DNA of 64,000 nucleotides from positions 23,778 through 87,777 of the forward strand of contig CAYUCB010000001.1 in the NCBI GenBank assembly GCA_964443075.1. The letters run 5' to 3'. Source of the stretch: an uncultured Caldilineaceae bacterium (GTDB taxonomy: Bacteria > Chloroflexota > Anaerolineae > 4572-78 > J111). A program made the position numbers and the translations under genes. Numbering within the stretch: position 1 is the stretch's first letter; each line of letters begins with the position of its first letter. A model generated the notes under the pieces. It did not search any database. It saw only the letters and a program-made list of their open reading frames with translations, and was not told the DNA's origin. Positions 38,102-48,856 of this stretch are shown here, piece by piece.

Positions 38102-39388
38102 TTGGAGGTTAGTGATATTTTGCCCGAACAAAATCCCCCCGCTAAAAGCCTGGAAATCCTCATGCTTTCGCCCACCATGTTCTTTGCCGATTATGGGGCG
38201 CACGTGCGGATTCTGGAAGAAACGCTCACCCTGCAACAACTGGGCCATCGCGTCACCATTCTGGCTTATCCTAATGGCCGCGATATCCCAGGGGTGCAGG
38301 TGCGGCGCTGTTGGGGTGTCCCCTTTAATTACCGGGTGATTGTTGGCTCCTCGCGCCACAAAATTTACCTGGATGGCTTGCTGGGGGCGATGTCGCTGCT
38401 GTATGTCTTGCGCCACAAACCCGATATTATTCACGCTCACCTGCACGAAGGCGGGTTGATGGGCTGGGTTCTCAGCAAGCTAACCGGCGCGCCCCTGGTG
38501 TTTGATTTTCAGGGCAGCCTGACCGCTGAAATGGTTGACCACAATTTCTTGTCGGCCCAAAGCCCTTTTTACCGCGTGTTGCGCTGGCTGGAAGGGCGTA
38601 TTAATCATGCCGCCGATGTCATCCTGACCAGTTCGACCCACGCCGCTAATCTGTTGGCAGATACCTTTGACGTCGCTACCGCTAAAATCAATCCCACCCC
38701 AGATTGTGTTAACGCCGACACCTTTTCGCCGGAGCGCTTTTCAGCCGAAGAAACGGCGCAATTAAAAACGTCGCTGGGCCTACCGGCCGGTAAAAAAGTC
38801 ATCGCTTACCTGGGCGTGTTGACCCCTTACCAGGGGATTGACCTGCTGCTGGAAGCGCTGCTTTTGCTGCGCCAAAGCCGGCAGGATTTTCATTTGTTGT
38901 TGATGGGTTATCCGGGGGTGGAGCGTTACCACGCCAAAGCGCATGTCCTGGGCTTGCAAGATGTCGTGACCTTTACCAACAAAATCCTCTATGAAGAAGC
39001 CCCCCGCTACCTGGCTCTGGGCGATTTAGCCGTGGCTCCCAAAATATCGGCCACCGAAGGCAGTGGTAAAATTCTTAATTATATGGCGATGAGTTTGCCC
39101 ACCGTGGCCTTCAACCTGCCGGTCAGCCGGGAGTTTTTGGGCGATGGCGGCATCTACGCCCCCGAAACCACCGCCGAGAGTCTGGCGGCCGCCTTGAACC
39201 GGGCGTTGGACCTGTCTGCTGCCGAGCGGGCCAGGTTGGGCCAATATTTGCGGCAGCGGGTAATGCGCCATTTTTCCTGGCAGCGGGCCGGCGAACAGAT
39301 GCAAGCGGTTTACCAAGCCCTGTTAAATGGTGAACCTCTGCCCGCCCCAACCCTAAAGCCAGCCCCCCCCATGCCGGAGAATTTTTAA
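38102..39388 (+). CDS. Glycosyltransferase family 4 (GT-B fold)
   Basis: GT4 N-terminal domain plus C-terminal Glycos_transf_1-like 'E.L..G.PVVA'-type region. Confidence 0.75.
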   Translation: MEVSDILPEQNPPAKSLEILMLSPTMFFADYGAHVRILEETLTLQQLGHRVTILAYPNGRDIPGVQVRRCWGVPFNYRVIVGSSRHKIYLDGLLGAMSLLYVLRHKPDIIHAHLHEGGLMGWVLSKLTGAPLVFDFQGSLTAEMVDHNFLSAQSPFYRVLRWLEGRINHAADVILTSSTHAANLLADTFDVATAKINPTPDCVNADTFSPERFSAEETAQLKTSLGLPAGKKVIAYLGVLTPYQGIDLLLEALLLLRQSRQDFHLLLMGYPGVERYHAKAHVLGLQDVVTFTNKILYEEAPRYLALGDLAVAPKISATEGSGKILNYMAMSLPTVAFNLPVSREFLGDGGIYAPETTAESLAAALNRALDLSAAERARLGQYLRQRVMRHFSWQRAGEQMQAVYQALLNGEPLPAPTLKPAPPMPENF

Positions 39389-39694
39389 CGGTTATCTCCC
39401 TCTTCTTTGAAAATAGACCGGCTGAGGCGTGAAAAACTATAGTTTTTCATGCCTGTGACAAGGGGCGACACAACCTCACCTTAAAACCCCATAACCGCAA
39501 ATCTCACCTTAAAAAATGGCTGCCCTTGTTTTTTGTCGTACCTTTTTTAAGCAGAGTTAGACTGAATCATCAGGACTCATAGTTATAGAGTCCTCTTGTT
39601 TTGAATGGCAGAATCTTGATAAAATAGGATGGGCAAGAAATTTTAAGCTAATTCAAAGGTTTGTTTGTTAAGCTGAAATGGGTTAATTGATAAA

Positions 39695-41272
39695 ATGAGC
39701 GTGTTTAAATCTATCATCACAATTTTAATGTTTTTGTTATTGTTTAATCTGGCTGTTCTGCCGGCGCTGGCGCAGGGGCCAGAACCTCAAGCCACACCGG
39801 GTTATATCCCTGGCGAGATTATTGTTAAATTTCAGCCCAATGTCGGTTTGGCGGGGGAGCGTAATTCATTGCGGGCCAAAGGATTACAGCCCTTACAAGT
39901 CGCCCCGGGTGCCGAATTGCTGCGCGTTCAGGTTGAACCGGGCCATGAGGCCGAAGCCATTGCTGATTTAATGGCTCGCGGCGATGTGGAATTTGCCACT
40001 TATAACCACCTGGTTCAAGCTTTGGGCGACCCCAACGACTCCTCTTATTCCTTGCAATGGGCGCTCAAAGATCCAGGGGATCACGATATTGACGCTCCCG
40101 AAGCCTGGGATTTGTACACGGGCGGTAATAATATCACCCTGGCCATCATTGATACCGGGGCCGATTTGGACCACCCCGATTTGCAGGCCAATATTGGCCC
40201 TGGCTATAACTACATCCACCCCGGCGCTCTACCCGATGATGACCAGGGGCACGGCACACACGTGACCGGTATTGCGGCGGCTGTGGGCAATAACGGTCTT
40301 GGGGTGGCCGGGGTCAATTGGAAGGCCAGGGTGATGCCCCTTAAAATTCTTGATGCTTCTGGCAACGGCAGCACCTATAACCTGGCCCAGGCCATTCGCT
40401 ACGCCGCCGATAACGGGGCACGAGTGATTAATATGAGTTTGGGCGGGAGTTGCGGCATGGGCTGGCCGGAGATAGAAGCAGCGGTTAATTACGCGGTGAG
40501 CCAAGGGGTGCTGCTGGTGGCGGCTGCGGGCAACTCAGGCTCTACCCCGGTGATGTGCCCGGCGGCCATAGATGGGGTGATGGCCATTGGGGCCACCGAC
40601 TCAACTGATTCGCGGGCATATTATTCCAACTATGGGGCCAATCTGGCTGTCTCTGCACCCGGCAGCAGTATTTATAGCACCTTGATGGGCGGCGGGTATG
40701 GTTATAAAAGTGGCACCTCAATGGCTACGCCGCACGTGGCCGGTTTGGCCGCGCTCGTCTGGTCTTACGCTCCGTCGTTAACCAGCAGCCAGATTCGTGA
40801 CATTCTGCAAAACACCGCCGACGACCTGGGCCCGCCGGGTTGGGATCAATATTACGGCTATGGCCGCATTAATGCCAGCCGCGCTCTGGAAATGATGGCT
40901 CTCTGGCCTTCTCCGGCCCAACCTGTGCTGGTGGTGGGCGATAACCAGCCAATCACCGTGGTAAATGTTCAGATTGGCACGGTCAACCCTGAACCGATTG
41001 CCTGGACTGCCAGTATCTCGCCTTCAATACCCTGGTTAACTCTGGCTCCGCCTGCCGTGGGTCAGGTTTCGGCGGCCTCAACCGACCAATATATCACCTT
41101 AAGCACCGATAAAAATCAATTGCCCGGTAGTTATAATACCTACACGGCCACGTTAGTATTGACTGGCATGACTCTGACGGGGGTCAAGGTTGGCCCTATT
41201 ACCTACCCGGTGCAGGTCAACTACATGCCCGAAGTGCGCCTCTATTACATGCCGCTCATCTTTAAAAATTAG
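39695..41272 (+). CDS. Secreted S8 subtilisin-like serine peptidase with a C-terminal beta-rich domain
   Basis: Signal peptide; catalytic triad 'DTGAD', 'HGTHVTG', 'GTSMATPHVAG'. Confidence 0.9.
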   Translation: MSVFKSIITILMFLLLFNLAVLPALAQGPEPQATPGYIPGEIIVKFQPNVGLAGERNSLRAKGLQPLQVAPGAELLRVQVEPGHEAEAIADLMARGDVEFATYNHLVQALGDPNDSSYSLQWALKDPGDHDIDAPEAWDLYTGGNNITLAIIDTGADLDHPDLQANIGPGYNYIHPGALPDDDQGHGTHVTGIAAAVGNNGLGVAGVNWKARVMPLKILDASGNGSTYNLAQAIRYAADNGARVINMSLGGSCGMGWPEIEAAVNYAVSQGVLLVAAAGNSGSTPVMCPAAIDGVMAIGATDSTDSRAYYSNYGANLAVSAPGSSIYSTLMGGGYGYKSGTSMATPHVAGLAALVWSYAPSLTSSQIRDILQNTADDLGPPGWDQYYGYGRINASRALEMMALWPSPAQPVLVVGDNQPITVVNVQIGTVNPEPIAWTASISPSIPWLTLAPPAVGQVSAASTDQYITLSTDKNQLPGSYNTYTATLVLTGMTLTGVKVGPITYPVQVNYMPEVRLYYMPLIFKN

Positions 41273-41564
41273 GGAAGGAGTTATAGGACGAATTTCCTGT
41301 TGATAAACGGAGTAAATGAATGATATAATACGTTTATTAGAGTTAGTCCCTTACTAACCTGACGTTTGCTTGGCCCAACGAAGGGGACAGGGAGATTATG
41401 ATGATAACTGAGCGACTCGCTGGTAAAGCGGCGCAATTGGCAGGCATAATGGGTCTGGGGTTAAACCCGGTCTATAGCCTGCTTTTTTTGTTGATGGGGC
41501 TGGCCTGAGTAAAGGTCGCCCCATTTTTGTTATCCAATAAAGTTTTTTAGGAGGAGGTAGCGCT

Positions 41565-44500
41565 ATGAACAGGCAGCTAGTCAATGGAAATGCAGGCCAG
41601 AGGATAGCTTTCGGGCTGGCGATGATGCTTATCGTCGGGTTGATGTGGGGGATAATGTTGGCTCCCATAGCCCGAGCCGCTCCCCCCTTAGCTGAACAAA
41701 TTACTGATGCGCAAATGGTTGTTTTGCCTTATGCCGGCCATCTTCCGCCCGATGCGTTTATTTCGGCTATGGCGGTAACAACACTGACCGTAACTAAAAA
41801 CGACTCGCCCGACCCGGCAGAGGCTAATAAACCTTTGACCTATACCATTTCTGTTATCAACCCTGGCCCTGGAACAGCTTTTTCGATAAGTTTGATTGAT
41901 ACCTTAGGCTGGCAGACCAATGCTGTCACCTTTAAATCGGTTACGTCTACCCTTGGCGGCCCTTGTGTTTCGTCAGTTGTGGCTAATGTGTGGGTTATTG
42001 GTTGCCCTAACATAGATTTAAGCCCTAGTCAGATGGCTACCATGACCGTGGTTGTTACCCCTACAGCCGCCGGGGTATTACCTAATACCGCCACGGTTAA
42101 CCCTTCTGATACCACAAATTTTGCCGGTACGAGCGATACTGAATTTACCCAAATCATCGGCCAAACCGATTTGTTGGTGAGCAAGTCAGATTCGTCCGAC
42201 CCGGTAGTAGTTGGGCTGCCCTTCACCTATACCCTGGTGGTCACGAATGTCGGCCCCAACGGCGACTACGCGACAACCACTCTCACCGATACCTTGCCGA
42301 CTGGTGTAACGCCGGGGCCGGAACCCCCCGGCTGCGTGTATAGCGCGCCTACTCTGACCTGTACTTTAAGTTCTTTAGATGTCTTTTCCAGCACGACTAT
42401 CAATTGGGTTGTCACCCCAACGGTTGTGGGAGTCATCACCAACACCGCCGGGGTTACTGTCACCGGTGGGGCTACCGACCCTAACCCGACCAACAACTTT
42501 GACACCGAAACCACCACCGTCATTGGCCCGGTTGACCTGCTGATTACCAAAACGGTCAAATCTATCGCCCCCAGTTTGGGCAAAGTGACCACCTTTACCA
42601 TCGCTTACCAGAATTTGGGGCCGCTGACCGCCACCGGCGTAGTGATCACCGATTTTCTGGCCAGTAATGTTAATTATGTGACCGATACGCTGGGGATTGC
42701 GCCCATCACCACCCCCACCACCATCCGCTGGAATTTACCTGGTACTTTGGGGCCGGGGGAAAGCGACTCGTTTGATCTGGGTGTCAACTTAACCCCCACT
42801 TCTTGCTCTGGCTCGATTTCGTTTACCAATACCGCCCAAATTGCCGCCGCTCAAACTGAGAGTGACCCGGCCAATAATATCCGTATCGTTACCGCCGGCC
42901 CTATCTCCTGCCTGTCCGATTTAGTGGTGGTTAAAAATGATGGGATTGGGACGGGCAACTCGCGCCTGCAAGCGATGGGCGGGGAATATATTACCTACAC
43001 CATCAGCGTTAATAACGTGGGTGGGGGAACCGCTACCGGAGTGGTGCTGACCGAAACCTTACCGGCTAATACGATTTTTGTTGGCCCGTCCATCTGGACA
43101 CCGATAGGGGGAAATCAATATATCTACCCAGTACCGGGGGGGAGTCTGGCCCCTGGGAATGGCCGGATACTAACCTTTGTGGTGCAGGTTGCACCCACCT
43201 TAACCTGCGGGATTACCCAAACGGTTAATATGGTGCAGGCCGGCAGTAATAACGGGGATGCCGCTTTGGCCGATAATACCTCGTTTGAGCAAACGTCGTT
43301 GATTTGTGACCCAACCAAGCAATTGCAAGTGAGCAAAAACGATGGGGTGAGTTGCGCCGCGCCTAACCAGATTATCACTTACACCATTACTTACAGTAAC
43401 AACGGCACTTTACCGGCAAATAATGCCTTCTTAAGCGATCTGAAATCGCAATACACCAACTTTTTACCCGGTGGCCCCAACACCGGCTGGGTTGACCAGG
43501 GCAGCGGCGTTTACAGCCGTACCCTGGGCACGGTGCCGACCGGCGGGCCACAGGGGCCGCTTTACTTCCAGGTGCAGTTGGTTGGCCCTAACACCATCCC
43601 CTCGAATGTCACGGCCATTACCAACGTCATTACCATCAACGGGACTAATCCCTTTACCGAAGTGACCCTGGTGCCGCTCCAGCCCGATTTGGTGGTCGCC
43701 AAGAATGATAATATCGGCCTCACCGGGATGTCGGCTGAGTTTGCCGCGCTGTATGAGCAAGTTACGGGCCAGCCGCCTGTCGCGCCGGATGTGTCGGCCC
43801 AACAAAGCGCGGTGGGGCCGGGCGACATCATTGACTATACCATTGTCTATGTTAATAATGGCCGCGCCCCGGCCACCAATGTCGTGCTTACCGAAACGCT
43901 GCCGCTTTACACGACCTACGCCGGCGGCCCGGAATGGACGAATGTTTCCGGCTCGTTGTATCGTTACAACGCAGGTACGCTGAACCCCGGCCAGGGCGGG
44001 TATGTTAACTTCCGGGTGCAGGTGGCCGGCACCCTGCCGCCCACGCTGACATACATCATCAACCGCGCCGATGTTGGCGGCGATGGCAGCGCCGCCGAAT
44101 GTAACCTGAGCAACAGCGTTTCTTATGAGCAAACGCCGGTGACACCCATTATCGTTACCACTACCCTTTATCTGCCCATTATCATGAAAAACGCTGCGCC
44201 TCCTACGTCCCCTTCGGCCGGTATGAACTGGTCGGGCCAAAATCAAGATAAAGTGCGCGATGTGGATGGCAGCGACTCCCAATCGTTTGCCCCCGATGGG
44301 CGCAATGATGGCGCGTTTCTGGTCAATTTAAATGTGGGCAGTGGCCCCAAAACCATTGCCCACATGAGCCTGGTAAGCAGCCAGGGCGGTGGCAGCAGTT
44401 GGGATACCCTGGCGGGGAATGGCGTTTGGGTTTTAGGCGTTTTTGATGGCGGAGCGCGCCTCAACGGGGCCAATGGTACCCTTAACCAAATTGTCAATGG

Positions 44501-45716
44501 CTCGGCCACGGTGACAATTTATGGTTCAGATACCAACCCCAACAGCCGCTTTCCGCCGGATACTTATAATTACACCGTGAACATTGCCTTTACCGATGGT
44601 TCTTCGGTTTCGGCGGTGGCCCGTATCCCCAAAGTGGTTACGCCCCCTCCCATTCTTTTGGCTAATGTTTCTGATGTTAAAGCCGACCCGGATACCAACC
44701 AGGTTTTTGTCGCCAGTCCCCGGCAGGATGGGGTGTATGTTATCAACGGCAGCAGCGACACTCTGGCCCGCAACGTGCCGGTAGGCAATGGCCCTACCGG
44801 CTTAACGGTTTTAAAGGGGAATAGCTCGGCCAGTAATAAGGTTTTTGTGGCGCATCAATATGGGGCTAATGATTGGCATCCCGGTTTTATGGCCTTTGGC
44901 GTTAATGATACCTCGGCCCATAACACGATGGATACCGGCTATGCCGGCGCGGCCCCGATTAAAACGGCAGCCAATTCGCTCAATAACCGCCGGGTGTATG
45001 TGTCAAACTATTATGATAAGCTGGCGGTGTATGAGGGTGACTCCGGGCCGCCGGAGAATCGCCTGGGATGGGTGGTGCAAAAGGGTTTTCAGGGTGCTTA
45101 TGGCATTGATACCAGCGCCGCCACTAACCGGGTTTACCTGGCTACCCGCGATACCGGCGAACTGGTGGTGTTTGATGGGAATGGTGACCGCCTGTTACAA
45201 TCTGACTATATTCCCACCCACCTTAAGCCGCCGCAGCCATGCAGTTTGTGGAGCGTGGGGGTCAATGAAACCACCGGCCATGTGTTTGTGCCCTGCCCGC
45301 AGTTGGGCCGGGTGTTTGTGCTGCAAGAGAGTCAATTCAGCTTGCTTGATTTGGAGGCATTAGGGGTGTTGGAAGTGCGTGAAGGGGGTCTGGCCCTGGT
45401 GGTTTCGCCGCAGGTTGCGCCCTGGCTGGTTGAACTCAATATCCCCAATGGCGTAGGGCTGGGCGAAGAGGGAATTGCGGTGGACACGACCACCGGACGG
45501 GTGTTTATTACCAATGCCCGTACCAATTCGCTGGTAATTTTACAAGATGGCCCCATCCCTGTTTATGTGACCACCATACCCGTGGGCACGACTCCCCAAG
45601 GGGTTGATGTTAACCCGGCTACCCAGAAAGTATACGTGGGCAATACCGGCAGCAACAGTGTGACGGTATTGAATGCCGCCTCCCCGTTTGCGGTTATCAA
45701 AACCATCTCCTTTTAA
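41565..45716 (+). CDS. Giant secreted cell-surface protein: multiple DUF11 (conserved repeat domain) repeats plus a C-terminal YVTN-type beta-propeller
   Basis: Repeated 'TVTK(N)DSPDPV..G..LTYTI.VTN.GP' units. C-terminal 'YVTTIPVGTTPQGVDVN..KVYVGNTGSNSVTVL' YVTN repeats. Confidence 0.7.
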   Translation: MNRQLVNGNAGQRIAFGLAMMLIVGLMWGIMLAPIARAAPPLAEQITDAQMVVLPYAGHLPPDAFISAMAVTTLTVTKNDSPDPAEANKPLTYTISVINPGPGTAFSISLIDTLGWQTNAVTFKSVTSTLGGPCVSSVVANVWVIGCPNIDLSPSQMATMTVVVTPTAAGVLPNTATVNPSDTTNFAGTSDTEFTQIIGQTDLLVSKSDSSDPVVVGLPFTYTLVVTNVGPNGDYATTTLTDTLPTGVTPGPEPPGCVYSAPTLTCTLSSLDVFSSTTINWVVTPTVVGVITNTAGVTVTGGATDPNPTNNFDTETTTVIGPVDLLITKTVKSIAPSLGKVTTFTIAYQNLGPLTATGVVITDFLASNVNYVTDTLGIAPITTPTTIRWNLPGTLGPGESDSFDLGVNLTPTSCSGSISFTNTAQIAAAQTESDPANNIRIVTAGPISCLSDLVVVKNDGIGTGNSRLQAMGGEYITYTISVNNVGGGTATGVVLTETLPANTIFVGPSIWTPIGGNQYIYPVPGGSLAPGNGRILTFVVQVAPTLTCGITQTVNMVQAGSNNGDAALADNTSFEQTSLICDPTKQLQVSKNDGVSCAAPNQIITYTITYSNNGTLPANNAFLSDLKSQYTNFLPGGPNTGWVDQGSGVYSRTLGTVPTGGPQGPLYFQVQLVGPNTIPSNVTAITNVITINGTNPFTEVTLVPLQPDLVVAKNDNIGLTGMSAEFAALYEQVTGQPPVAPDVSAQQSAVGPGDIIDYTIVYVNNGRAPATNVVLTETLPLYTTYAGGPEWTNVSGSLYRYNAGTLNPGQGGYVNFRVQVAGTLPPTLTYIINRADVGGDGSAAECNLSNSVSYEQTPVTPIIVTTTLYLPIIMKNAAPPTSPSAGMNWSGQNQDKVRDVDGSDSQSFAPDGRNDGAFLVNLNVGSGPKTIAHMSLVSSQGGGSSWDTLAGNGVWVLGVFDGGARLNGANGTLNQIVNGSATVTIYGSDTNPNSRFPPDTYNYTVNIAFTDGSSVSAVARIPKVVTPPPILLANVSDVKADPDTNQVFVASPRQDGVYVINGSSDTLARNVPVGNGPTGLTVLKGNSSASNKVFVAHQYGANDWHPGFMAFGVNDTSAHNTMDTGYAGAAPIKTAANSLNNRRVYVSNYYDKLAVYEGDSGPPENRLGWVVQKGFQGAYGIDTSAATNRVYLATRDTGELVVFDGNGDRLLQSDYIPTHLKPPQPCSLWSVGVNETTGHVFVPCPQLGRVFVLQESQFSLLDLEALGVLEVREGGLALVVSPQVAPWLVELNIPNGVGLGEEGIAVDTTTGRVFITNARTNSLVILQDGPIPVYVTTIPVGTTPQGVDVNPATQKVYVGNTGSNSVTVLNAASPFAVIKTISF

Positions 45717-45754
45717 CAATTTAAAGCTTGAATGACGGTTTATTTCTCCCTGGC

Positions 45755-47212
45755 CTACTTTAGCCACCTTTCGGCCAGCGGGTTGAGGTTTTGCCCCGAG
45801 ACCCGCTGCGCCGTAACCAAAAACGTAGGCGGGCTGACCAGCCGGTAGCGGTTTTCGGCGTAGTAAGCTTGCATGACCTGCTCAAAAGCGGCTTCGCCAA
45901 TTTGCTGGCGGATAGCCCTAAAAAAGAGGGCCGCTTTGACATAAACCAGTAAATCGTAATCCGCCGGATTAAATTGAGCCGCCGGGCGATCCACTACCCC
46001 CTTAATGCCGCCCTTGACGGCGCTCTCAAACGGGATAAACCAGCGTTCGGTTAAGAATCGCTCGGCCTCAGCCCGGCCAAACACCCCTTGCAGATAAACA
46101 AAAGCGCTGTACTCGGCCAACCCTTCATCCAACCAGGGAGATTGGTAAGGATTGTTCCCTACCACCGCGTACCACCACTGATGGGCCACTTCATGAGCGG
46201 TTAGAAACGCTTGGTGGTCGCGGGGGCCGTTAAACGCTGCCTCGCCAATCAGCAGCAGGCCGCTGTACTCCATACCGCGCAGATGGAGCGGCGCTTCAAC
46301 CACATCCAATTCGGTATACGGATAAGGGCCATACCTATCGCTATACAGGCGCAAGGCGGCGGTCGCGTGGGCCAGCACCGACCGGGCGGCATCGTGTTGG
46401 CCGGGCAAGAAATAAGTGGTTACCGTGGCCCCGGCGGCGCTTTCGCTGATGGCCTGAAACGGCCCGATGATAACCGTCATATCGCGCAGCGGCCCGCCGG
46501 TAATTTGCCAGGTGCGAGTCTGGTCGGGGTTATTGCTAACGTTAACCGTCACCCCACCGGCTGCGGGCAGCAGATTGTTGGGCAGAGTCAAATCAAGCTG
46601 GTAAAGGGCCACCTCGTTAAAAAGCGCATCGCCGTGCGGCGGCGGCGCATCTAAAATCCACTCGTTCCCCTGCTTTACGGCCAGCGTGGGGTAAAAACCC
46701 GGCAGGCTCAAAATTGGGCCATCCCAGCCAAATAGGGTATAATCCGACTCGTCCAGCCAGCGTTGCCTTGGCAACTGTACCGTAAAAGCCAAATCAACCG
46801 TTACAAAATTAGCTTGGGTGGGAGGCACTGCCAACCGCACCGCCGCCCCATCGGCCAGTGGCGTGACTTCTACGGCCATTTTGTTAATTTGAGCCGCCGT
46901 AACCTGAGCGTGTCCGCCATAGTTGTCTAAATTGGGGTACAATCGAAAAACCAGTTCCGTCCCTGGTTGGGGGACACTCACCTGCGCGAGGCCTTGCAGT
47001 GTTTGGCCGCTTTCATCCAACCGAATGGTAAGGTGATAACTGGGGAGCGGGCCAAGCGTTTCGATGTCTGCCTGAGCCGAGGGTTGCAACGCCGCTCGAT
47101 AATGAAAATAAGGGTCGGGCACGGGGGTCGGCGTGATGAGGCCGGTTTTGACCAACAAAGAATCAACCGGGGTGCAGCCGGTGAGCCAAAAAAGGCAAAC
47201 GGCCCCCATCAT
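45755..47212 (-). CDS. M1-family (gluzincin) metallopeptidase, lipoprotein
   Basis: 'HEVAHQWWY' + 18 aa + 'E' (WLDEGLAEY). Lipobox 'WLTGC'. Start taken at MMGAV; the upstream extension of ORF 45755..47338 lies in ttgaaggttaaa repeats. Confidence 0.75.
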   Translation of the reverse strand: MMGAVCLFWLTGCTPVDSLLVKTGLITPTPVPDPYFHYRAALQPSAQADIETLGPLPSYHLTIRLDESGQTLQGLAQVSVPQPGTELVFRLYPNLDNYGGHAQVTAAQINKMAVEVTPLADGAAVRLAVPPTQANFVTVDLAFTVQLPRQRWLDESDYTLFGWDGPILSLPGFYPTLAVKQGNEWILDAPPPHGDALFNEVALYQLDLTLPNNLLPAAGGVTVNVSNNPDQTRTWQITGGPLRDMTVIIGPFQAISESAAGATVTTYFLPGQHDAARSVLAHATAALRLYSDRYGPYPYTELDVVEAPLHLRGMEYSGLLLIGEAAFNGPRDHQAFLTAHEVAHQWWYAVVGNNPYQSPWLDEGLAEYSAFVYLQGVFGRAEAERFLTERWFIPFESAVKGGIKGVVDRPAAQFNPADYDLLVYVKAALFFRAIRQQIGEAAFEQVMQAYYAENRYRLVSPPTFLVTAQRVSGQNLNPLAERWLK

Positions 47213-47404
47213 CGGCAAAAACCTTACGCCGCCAAAGTTAGAACGTTTGAAGGTTAAATGTTTGAAGGTTAAAATTGGCGGCTTTACCTTACCAAAGAGG
47301 TTAGAGCCTGGAACTTGATTGAATAAGTGAAAGGCCATAAGAATTGAAAAAAGTTTTTGCTTAAAAATTCAGGGTTTGTGTTATAATCCACGTGGGTATT
47401 ATTA

Positions 47405-47552
47405 TATCATAACTCAAGTTGCTACCCAGAGGTGACAGGCACTTAAAACGGGTAAATTTGAGGTGTTTTGGCCTATAGTGTCCAGAATTTAGGACAAAAA
47501 GTGCCTGTCACCTGGCGTTTAAGTTATAGGTGGCAACTTGAGTTATCATAAG
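47405..47552. repeat. Large interrupted inverted repeat (tatcataactcaagttgctacc..gtgacaggcactt / aagtgcctgtcac..ggtggcaacttgagttatcataag) with a 54-nt spacer; candidate structured RNA or MITE upstream of nuo
   Basis: Direct reading; a possible -10 'tataat' at 47383. Confidence 0.6.
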
Positions 47553-47870
47553 TATCTACTCAACCATTCCCTCCTAACCACTGACGACTGACCGCCCTAC
47601 CGTAAACAACAACCGCTTTCTCTGGCGGTCGGTAGTCTGCCGTTGGCGGTCAGGAATACCCAATTTAGGGTAGTTTGAGCAGATACGATCATAACAAAAT
47701 CTAATCTTTAATACGTTTGAGCTTAAATATCCTTTGACAAGGTGAAATCTTTGTGATAAACTTAACAAAAATTAATTATTATTATTATCATCAATTTTAT
47801 AAAAATTCTATCAAACCCTAAAGGTGTCTAAAACCTTTAGGGTTTACCTACCCCGAAAGGAGTGTGAGTC

Positions 47871-48227
47871 TTGCCCTCCGATTATCTGCCGTTGCTGATT
47901 TTTTTTCTGGCCTCCAGCTTCATTGTGGTTGTTTCGTTATGGCTACCCCACTATCTGGGGCCGTTTCGCCCCAATAAAGCCAAATCAGAAGTGGTTGAAT
48001 CGGGTAAATTAACTTATGGCGACGCTCGCCGCCGTGTGCCCATTCAATACTACCTGGTAGCCATGCTCTTCATCCTGTTCGACATCGAAGTGTTATTCTT
48101 TTATCCCTGGGCCGTGCTCTTTTGGGATTTAAAATGGTATGGTTTACTGCAAATTGGCGTTTTTGCTTTGCTGCTGGTAGAAAGCTTCATTTACATCTGG
48201 AAGAAAGGAGCGCTGGAATGGGAGTAG
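47871..48227 (+). CDS. nuoA: NADH-quinone oxidoreductase subunit A
   Basis: TTG start after an 'aaaggag' RBS; NuoA 3-TM sequence. Confidence 0.85.
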   Translation: MPSDYLPLLIFFLASSFIVVVSLWLPHYLGPFRPNKAKSEVVESGKLTYGDARRRVPIQYYLVAMLFILFDIEVLFFYPWAVLFWDLKWYGLLQIGVFALLLVESFIYIWKKGALEWE

Positions 48228-48748
48228 CTGTTGGTATCCCCACACCCCAGGAACTGGAAGCTGTCCAGGCCGAAGGAAAAACCGGCAGTATGGGCTTTGC
48301 CCTGGCTCATCTGGAAGATGCGGTTAATTGGGGGCGCTCTAACTCTATTTGGCCGCTGTTGTTTGGGCTGGCCTGCTGCGCCATTGAGCAAATTTCGGCG
48401 GGGATGCCCCGCTTTGATATTGCCCGCTTTGGCTCAGAAGTGTTTCGCGCCTCTCCCCGCCAGGCCGATTTGTTGATTGTTTCCGGGCGTGTTTCTAACA
48501 AAATGGCCCCGGTGATTAAGCGGGTGTATGACCAGATGTCTTACCCCAAGTGGGTGATTGCGATGGGTGATTGCGCTTCGTGCGGGGGGCCGTTTAATAA
48601 TTACGCCATTGTGCAGGGGGTTGATAAAATTTTGCCGGTTGACGTGTATGTACCCGGCTGCCCTCCCCGCCCAGAGGCGCTTTTCTACGCCATCATTATG
48701 CTGCAAAAGAAAATCCGGGCTGAAGAAAAATTAGGTATTCGAGAGTAA
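48218..48748 (+). CDS. nuoB: NADH-quinone oxidoreductase subunit B
   Basis: 'CCAIEQ..GMPRFD', '[10 protein letters not shown]', 'VPGCPPRPE'. Start at ATG 48218, overlapping nuoA. Confidence 0.9.
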   Translation: MGVAVGIPTPQELEAVQAEGKTGSMGFALAHLEDAVNWGRSNSIWPLLFGLACCAIEQISAGMPRFDIARFGSEVFRASPRQADLLIVSGRVSNKMAPVIKRVYDQMSYPKWVIAMGDCASCGGPFNNYAIVQGVDKILPVDVYVPGCPPRPEALFYAIIMLQKKIRAEEKLGIRE

Positions 48749-48856
48749 AAAAACATAATCCAGAGGTAGCCGACTCTATAGGCGTAAAACTTGTTTTGGG
48801 CCTGATTGGGCTGCCTGGGGTTTTGTGGCGCTTGTTTATAATGGGATACTCATGCC

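Noticed and set aside
43464-44282. 272-aa minus-strand ORF
   Set aside because: Antisense within the DUF11 giant protein gene; Gly/Arg-rich shadow ORF.
47225-47338. Upstream extension of the M1 peptidase ORF (MAFHLFNQ...)
   Set aside because: Lies in ttgaaggttaaa repeats and precedes the obvious lipoprotein signal peptide (MMGAVCLFWLTGC); start reassigned.
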